From assembly GCA_902561585.1 (NCBI GenBank), contig CACEQK010000003.1, positions 1,645 through 65,644 on the forward strand: a stretch of DNA of 64,000 bases, written 5' to 3'. Under the pieces are notes generated by a model that saw nothing but the letters and a program-made list of their open reading frames with translations, searched no databases and was not told the DNA's origin. Source of the stretch: an uncultured Pelagibacteraceae bacterium. Lineage in GTDB: Bacteria > Pseudomonadota > Alphaproteobacteria > Pelagibacterales > Pelagibacteraceae. Numbering within the stretch: the first letter of the stretch is position 1; each line of letters opens with the position of its first letter. Both the position numbers and the translations under genes were made by a program. Of this stretch, positions 58,301-64,000 are shown in pieces.

Positions 58301-59557
58301 ATGGCAAAAATTAAAAACGTTAAAGGCCGTCAAGTTTTTGATAGCAGAGGCAACCCAACTGTTGAAGCAGAAATTTTTTTAGACAATAACATTTCAGCAA
58401 CAGCAATTTCTCCTTCAGGTGCATCCACAGGTGCTTTTGAAGCTCATGAATTAAGAGATGAAGATAAAAACAAATTTTTAGGAAAAAGTGTTAATATAGC
58501 GGTAGAAAATATAAATAGTAAAATTTCTTCAAAACTTATTGGAATAGATACAGATCAACAAGAAATAATTGACAAAACTTTATTAGATATTGATGGCAGT
58601 GAAAATAAAACTAATCTAGGTGCTAATGCTACTCTTGCAGTGTCTCTAGCAAATGCAAAATGTTCAGCGATTGCAAAAAATAAATCTTTATTTAAAAATT
58701 TAGGAAATTCTTACTCTATACCTATTCCTCTGATGAACATTATTAACGGAGGTGCTCACGCAGATAATGATTTAAATATCCAAGAATTCATGATCAGACC
58801 TGACTCAGCTAAAAATTTTATGGATGCTATAGAAAAATGTTTTTTAGTAATTCAAAATTTAAAAAAATTACTTCACTCGAAAAAAATGCTTACAAACGTT
58901 GGTGATGAAGGGGGATTTGCTCCATCTATTAATACAAATGAAGAGGCATTAGAACTGATAGTCCAGGCGATTGAAAAATCTAAATTAAAAGCAGGACATG
59001 ATGTTGCGATATGCTTAGATGTTGCAGCTAATGAGTTAATGAACAATAAAGGAGAATATTCAATAGAGTCTAAAAATTTTACATCAGTAGATAATGTCAT
59101 TAAATATTATGAAAAACTTACGTCAAATTATCCAATTAAGTCTATAGAGGATCCTTTTGCAGAAGAAGACTGGGATTCTTGGAAAAAAATTACAATCGCT
59201 ATCGGTAAAAATGTACAGCTTGTTGGAGACGATCTATTTGTTACAAATACAAAACGTTTAGAAAAAGGTATCAAAGAAAAATCAGCTAACAGTATATTAG
59301 TTAAACCTAATCAGATCGGGACTTTGACAGAGACACTTGAAGTTATTTCAATGGCAAAAAAAGCAAATTTTAATACAATTATTTCTCATAGATCAGGTGA
59401 TACAGAAGATACTTTTATCGCTGATTTGGCAGTAGCTACAATGTCTTCTCAAATAAAGACTGGTTCTTTAGCACGGTCTGAAAGAGTGGCAAAATATAAC
59501 AGATTATTGCGTGTCGAAGAGGAACTTGGCAATCAAGCTAAAATGGCTAGTATCTAA
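58301..59557 (+). CDS. eno: Enolase
   Basis: DSRGNPTVE, PSGASTG, GDEGGFAP, VGDDL, SHRSG, RSERVAKYN. Confidence 0.97.
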   Translation: MAKIKNVKGRQVFDSRGNPTVEAEIFLDNNISATAISPSGASTGAFEAHELRDEDKNKFLGKSVNIAVENINSKISSKLIGIDTDQQEIIDKTLLDIDGSENKTNLGANATLAVSLANAKCSAIAKNKSLFKNLGNSYSIPIPLMNIINGGAHADNDLNIQEFMIRPDSAKNFMDAIEKCFLVIQNLKKLLHSKKMLTNVGDEGGFAPSINTNEEALELIVQAIEKSKLKAGHDVAICLDVAANELMNNKGEYSIESKNFTSVDNVIKYYEKLTSNYPIKSIEDPFAEEDWDSWKKITIAIGKNVQLVGDDLFVTNTKRLEKGIKEKSANSILVKPNQIGTLTETLEVISMAKKANFNTIISHRSGDTEDTFIADLAVATMSSQIKTGSLARSERVAKYNRLLRVEEELGNQAKMASI

Positions 59558-59560
59558 TTA

Positions 59561-59854
59561 ATGAAGCTATTTGAAAGTTTGAAAAATAAAAAATTTTTAG
59601 TATTTAATATTTTTTTTACTCTATATATTGCTATAAACCTCATTGGAGGTGAGAGGGGATTAATCTCCTATTTTGATAAAAAAAATACGTATGAGGAATT
59701 AATAGAAAAAGATAAGAAATTAAATGCAAAATTAAAAGATTTGGATCATAAAATTTCTCTAATAAATAATAATGATCAGGATTATTTAGAAATTCTTTAC
59801 CGTGAAAAATTCAATTACGTAAAACAAGATGAAATTATAATAAAACTTAAATGA
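59561..59854 (+). CDS. ftsB: Septum formation initiator FtsB/DivIC
   Basis: TM followed by GERG, coiled coil, D.DYLE...R; follows eno. Confidence 0.75.
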   Translation: MKLFESLKNKKFLVFNIFFTLYIAINLIGGERGLISYFDKKNTYEELIEKDKKLNAKLKDLDHKISLINNNDQDYLEILYREKFNYVKQDEIIIKLK

Positions 59855-60795
59855 GTGAAAAAGTTAGACATCCTGAGAAAGTAAATAAACCTGTAAATCC
59901 AATTAAAAAAAAACCGGTGTGGATAAGATCAAAGATTGTAGACTCAAAAGTTTTTTTTCAAACAAAACAATTAGTAAATCAAAATAATTTAGTAACTGTT
60001 TGCCAGGAAGCTAATTGCCCAAATATAACTGAATGTTGGAGCAAAAAGCATGCAACTTTCATGATTATGGGAGACACTTGCACAAGAGCCTGCGCATTTT
60101 GTGATGTTAAAACTGGTAAACCAACAGATCTAGATAGCTTTGAACCTGCTAAAATTTCAAATGCTGTTAAAAATTTAAATTTGAAGCATGTTGTTATTAC
60201 TTCCGTAGATAGAGATGATTTAGAAGATGGTGGCTCAGAGCATTTTTATAAAGTTGTTAAAGCTACTAGAGAAAAAAATCCTAATACTTCGATTGAAGTT
60301 TTAACCCCAGACTTTTTAAGAAAAGGTGAGGCTTATAAAAAAGTTTTAGAGGCAGATTTAGATGTTTTTAATCATAATATTGAAACTGTTCCAAGACTTT
60401 ATACAAAAGTAAGACCAGGGGCACGGTATTTTGCCTCTTTAGAACTTTTAAAAAATGCAAAAAAATTTAATAAAAAAGTTTTTACAAAATCTGGAATTAT
60501 GGTGGGTTTAGGTGAAACAAAAGAAGAAGTAATTCAAGTTATGGATGATTTAAGATCAGCAGAGGTTGATTTTATTACTATCGGTCAGTATTTACAGCCA
60601 TCCGCTAAACATCACCCATTAGAAAGATACTATCATCCGGATGAATTTAAAGAATTTGAAAATATTGCAAAAACTAAAGGGTTTTTATTAGTTTCTTCAT
60701 CACCATTAACAAGATCTTCGTATCATGCGGATGAAGATTTTAGAAAATTACAAGATGCAAGAAATAAAAAACTCGAATGTCGACCGCAACAATAA
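59851..60795 (+). CDS. lipA: Lipoyl synthase
   Basis: [32 protein letters not shown]. Confidence 0.96.
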   Translation: MSEKVRHPEKVNKPVNPIKKKPVWIRSKIVDSKVFFQTKQLVNQNNLVTVCQEANCPNITECWSKKHATFMIMGDTCTRACAFCDVKTGKPTDLDSFEPAKISNAVKNLNLKHVVITSVDRDDLEDGGSEHFYKVVKATREKNPNTSIEVLTPDFLRKGEAYKKVLEADLDVFNHNIETVPRLYTKVRPGARYFASLELLKNAKKFNKKVFTKSGIMVGLGETKEEVIQVMDDLRSAEVDFITIGQYLQPSAKHHPLERYYHPDEFKEFENIAKTKGFLLVSSSPLTRSSYHADEDFRKLQDARNKKLECRPQQ

Positions 60796-61220
60796 AAAAA
60801 ATTATTCCTTGTAAAAAAGATCAACTTATAGAAATGGTTCTTGATATAGAGAAGTATCCAGAGTTCGTTCCTTGGTGCATGGAAGGCAAAATTTTTGGTA
60901 AAAATGAAAGCACAGATTTAATCACTTTTAATGGAGATTTAAAAGTTGGAAAAAGCATATTAAATGAAACTTTTTCAAGCCATGTTACTTATCACAAAGC
61001 ATCAGATAAAATAATTGTAACTAATTTAGATGGTCCTTTAAAATATCTTAAAAACGAATGGATTTTTAAAGAAATAAATAACAACACTCAATTAGAATTT
61101 TTTATTGATTTTGAACTAAAGAATCCAATTTTAAATTCTATTATGAAAAAATCCTTCGAACTTGGTTTAAACAAAATCGCTAAATCATTCGAGGAAAGAG
61201 CAATACAATTATATAAATAA
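60777..61220 (+). CDS. RatA/Coq10 START-domain protein
   Basis: [28 protein letters not shown]. Confidence 0.85.
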   Translation: MSTATIKKIIPCKKDQLIEMVLDIEKYPEFVPWCMEGKIFGKNESTDLITFNGDLKVGKSILNETFSSHVTYHKASDKIIVTNLDGPLKYLKNEWIFKEINNNTQLEFFIDFELKNPILNSIMKKSFELGLNKIAKSFEERAIQLYK

Positions 61221-61531
61221 TGTTAATAGTTTCTGTTTTATTGGTAGTTTTTTTTTTCACATTTAAAAGTTTAGCTTCATATATTAAAAAAATTAGAACA
61301 GGTGATCCCAATGAAAGTGATATAACTTATTGGATGTTCTCTTATGATTTTAAATCCCCTAATAAAGATTGGGTTCCAGAAAACAAAGATTTACTAGTGA
61401 AAAAAAGAGCAAGAAATTTCTTAGTTTTTATTCTTTATCTTAATGCTTTTGGAATATTTCTATTATTGAATAGTTTTGCGGCTCATCTATTGAATTTTAT
61501 AGTTAACCCACAGTTTAGTTACCCTATCTGA
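61220..61531 (+). CDS. Hypothetical two-TM membrane protein
   Basis: Two hydrophobic segments flanking a YWMFSYDF loop. Confidence 0.55.
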   Translation: MLIVSVLLVVFFFTFKSLASYIKKIRTGDPNESDITYWMFSYDFKSPNKDWVPENKDLLVKKRARNFLVFILYLNAFGIFLLLNSFAAHLLNFIVNPQFSYPI

Positions 61532-61994
61532 TTAAATTAGCTAGTAAGTTTAGCGCTTTTTTTACTGTCTGTTTTTGAATAAAAGTTCTACTATTATTTT
61601 TAAAATTACACTTATTTATAATAACTTTTTTTCCAATTTTGACTCCGATATAAACTAAACCTACTGGTTTTTGTTTAGATCCACCTTTAGGACCAGCTAT
61701 TCCTGTTATCGAAATACATACTTTTGCTTTACTAATTTTGCTTAAGTTATTAACCATTGCTAAACAACACTGAACGCTGACAGCTCCATTTTTTTTTATA
61801 ATTTGATTTGGTATTTTTAATATGCTTGTCTTAGCTTGATTTGAGTATGTAACTAATCCCATAGTAAATACTTTTGATGATCCACTCACAGAAGTAATAG
61901 CGCTAGACAGCATCCCACCAGTACACGACTCTGCAATAGCGAATTTAAATTTTTTCCTTTTTAATAATGAAACTATCTTTTTATTTAAATTCAT
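61524..61994 (-). CDS. CinA C-terminal/PncC NMN deamidase
   Basis: AESCTGG, SGSS, YSN.AK, GAVS, ITGIAGP.GG...KPVG. Confidence 0.88.
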   Translation of the reverse strand: MNLNKKIVSLLKRKKFKFAIAESCTGGMLSSAITSVSGSSKVFTMGLVTYSNQAKTSILKIPNQIIKKNGAVSVQCCLAMVNNLSKISKAKVCISITGIAGPKGGSKQKPVGLVYIGVKIGKKVIINKCNFKNNSRTFIQKQTVKKALNLLANLIR

Positions 61995-62497
61995 TAGAAT
62001 AACTTAGATTTAATTATCATAAAAATTATGAGCGTTAAAACAACATATAAGCCTGCTACAACATCATCAAATATTACACCAAAACTATTTTTAAATTTTT
62101 TATCAAAGAAGTTTACTGGAAAAGGTTTTTTAATATCAAAATATCTAAATAGGATAAAAATATATAAATAGAATAAAACGGCTTCCTGCGGATCTTTAAT
62201 AGTGCCATGAGAAACTTCATAAATATAAATTGGAATAGATTGACCAATGAACTCATCAACAACAACCTCTTTTGGGTCTTTATTATCATTATCTTTTATG
62301 TAGTTGGAGACTGCGTAAAAAGAATAAATAAAAATTAACAACAGAATTATAAGTATAATATTAGAAGATAAATTTATGATGTGAAACAAACTAAACAAAA
62401 AGACTGTAGTTATCAAAGATGTGATTGTGCCAGGAGCATATCTAAAAGATCCAATTCCAAAACATGTAACAAATAAATAATTAAATGTTTTAATCAT
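61994..62497 (-). CDS. pgpA: Phosphatidylglycerophosphatase A
   Basis: APGT, DP.EVVVDE..G, FR.FDI.KP.P, GV.FDDVVAG. Confidence 0.9.
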   Translation of the reverse strand: MIKTFNYLFVTCFGIGSFRYAPGTITSLITTVFLFSLFHIINLSSNIILIILLLIFIYSFYAVSNYIKDNDNKDPKEVVVDEFIGQSIPIYIYEVSHGTIKDPQEAVLFYLYIFILFRYFDIKKPFPVNFFDKKFKNSFGVIFDDVVAGLYVVLTLIIFMIIKSKLF

Positions 62498-63635
62498 ATT
62501 TAATTACAGAAGTTATTACTTCACAGGCTATTGCTTTTTCTTTTCCAACAACACCTAATTTTTCAGTTGTTTTTCCTTTAATATTAATTTGATTAGTTGA
62601 GATTTCACAAAGTTTTGCAATATTTTCTATCATCTTTTTTTTATAATTTTTTATCTTAGGTGCTTGAGTAATTATGTTTATATCGATATTATTGATATAG
62701 TAACCATTAGATTTGATCTGTTCTATAACTTTAAGAAGCAAAATTGTAGATCTGATATTTTTAAATTTTTTACTTTTGTCTGAAAACATTTGACCAATGT
62801 CACCCATTTTGCAAGCTCCCAAGATTGCATCGGTTATAGAATGAAGAACAGGATCTCCATCTGAGTGACCTAATGTCCCAAGTTTTGACTTAATTTTTAA
62901 GCCAGCCAAGTAAAGACTTCTTTTGGGGACAAGTCTATGAACATCAAAGCCTATCCCTACACTTTGTTTAGATTTATAAATATTTTTTAAAGTTTCAAAG
63001 TCTTCTAAATCTGTGATTTTAAAATTATTTTTTTCACCTTTGATAAATTTAACTTCATTTAAATTCATATATAGGGAAATATCATCGTCTTTATATTTTT
63101 CAGAATTGGTTTTATGCAAATGATAGATTTCTTTTAAATTGAATGCTTGAGGTGTTTGGGTTAAAAATAAGTTATCTCTTTTTTTTCCAATAATGTACTC
63201 CTCCTTACTTGAGTCTATAATTTGTTTGATAGCATCTTGAACTTTAATCTTAGGTATTACAGCTCTAGCCGATTTCATATTATTTAAAATTGAATTAAAT
63301 AATTTTAATGAAAAATTAGGTCTCGCTACATCGTGAATTAGAACCTTATTTATTCCTTTTTGTTTAATTAAATATTTAAGCGCTAGGAAAGTAGACTCTT
63401 TTCTATCTTTTCCCCCAGAAATTAGTTTTACATTTTTAAGTTTGAGTGATTTTACTTTTTTTAAGTCTTTTTTGTTATAAACAAGAATAATTTGTTTAAC
63501 CGCTTTAAATTGAAGAGCCTTATTTACGTTTATTTCTATTAATGATTTGCCCCCTAATTTTTGGTATGGTTTGCCTATATTAGAACCAAATCTATGGCTA
63601 TTACCTCCTGCAAGAATTATTAAACAAAAACTCAT
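62490..63635 (-). CDS. ispDF: Bifunctional IspD/IspF
   Basis: HDVARP and QTPQ.F (IspD); G.GFDVH, GHSDGD, KTTEKLG (IspF). Confidence 0.93.
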   Translation of the reverse strand: MSFCLIILAGGNSHRFGSNIGKPYQKLGGKSLIEINVNKALQFKAVKQIILVYNKKDLKKVKSLKLKNVKLISGGKDRKESTFLALKYLIKQKGINKVLIHDVARPNFSLKLFNSILNNMKSARAVIPKIKVQDAIKQIIDSSKEEYIIGKKRDNLFLTQTPQAFNLKEIYHLHKTNSEKYKDDDISLYMNLNEVKFIKGEKNNFKITDLEDFETLKNIYKSKQSVGIGFDVHRLVPKRSLYLAGLKIKSKLGTLGHSDGDPVLHSITDAILGACKMGDIGQMFSDKSKKFKNIRSTILLLKVIEQIKSNGYYINNIDINIITQAPKIKNYKKKMIENIAKLCEISTNQINIKGKTTEKLGVVGKEKAIACEVITSVIKYD

Positions 63636-63683
63636 GGTTTTTACTTATATAATATTTATATAGATATTTAATGGTTAATTAAG

Positions 63684-64000
63684 ATGTTTAAGATAATTAA
63701 AAACTTTAATTGGATTATTTTATCTTCATTTCTATGTATTTTCATGGGAATTGTTACTTTTTTAACATTTATAAACGAAGGTTTTATTCCGCTCACAGAT
63801 AAAAATTTACAAAATTTATTAATCGTTGATATTTTTCTATTACTACTTTTTTTTACTTTAATTTTTAAAAATTTTTACCGATTTTATTATACAGGAAAAA
63901 AAAACAAGAAAGGTTCACAAACTAATTTAAAATATATTTCTGTATTTTCATTATTTACTGTAATCCCGTCCTTAATTGTTGCTATATTTTCATTGTTTAT
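63684..64000 (+). CDS. ntrY: NtrY-like sensor histidine kinase, N-terminal part; runs off the window edge
   Basis: Hand translation MFKIIKNFNWII...KKGSQTNLKYISVFSLFTVIPSLIVAIFSLF matches the NtrY TM-region pattern; divergent from ispDF. Confidence 0.7.
   Translation, partial: MFKIIKNFNWIILSSFLCIFMGIVTFLTFINEGFIPLTDKNLQNLLIVDIFLLLLFFTLIFKNFYRFYYTGKKNKKGSQTNLKYISVFSLFTVIPSLIVAIFSLF

Noticed and set aside
60777-61220. RatA toxin-antitoxin system
   Set aside because: It is a Coq10-like START protein in its usual position after lipA, with no antitoxin partner.

Overview
AT-rich, gene-dense chromosomal segment whose proteins and gene order point to a streamlined marine alphaproteobacterium of the SAR11/'Ca. 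Pelagibacter' type (inference). Housekeeping genes include hisI, folE, rseP, HU, mnmA, metC, trpEG, tpiA-secG-pyrG-kdsA-eno-ftsB-lipA, pgpA, ispDF and the start of ntrY. It also carries two tandem Amt transporters, a CADD-type pABA synthase, an sxtJ/K/I-like carbamoyltransferase cassette, a surface-glycan island around tRNA-Met, and an apt/mtnP-mtnA-aldolase-speDE operon. I found no CRISPR array, integrase, transposase or phage genes. The best leads are: (1) a cis-CaaD/Cg10062-type tautomerase with all six catalytic residues in register, inside the MTA/5'-deoxyadenosine salvage operon; (2) an eight-gene array dominated by about 100-aa alpha+beta-barrel-like proteins, most with clear Shine-Dalgarno sites; (3) a GC-rich, multi-stem intergenic RNA of about 170 nt after mnmA; (4) an unannotated 27-aa Arg/Lys peptide with a perfect RBS; (5) anti-SD C-rich hairpins between the two amt genes; (6) an in-frame collapsed dehydrogenase remnant that keeps translational coupling. 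All family assignments come from motif recognition by eye; no database search was run.
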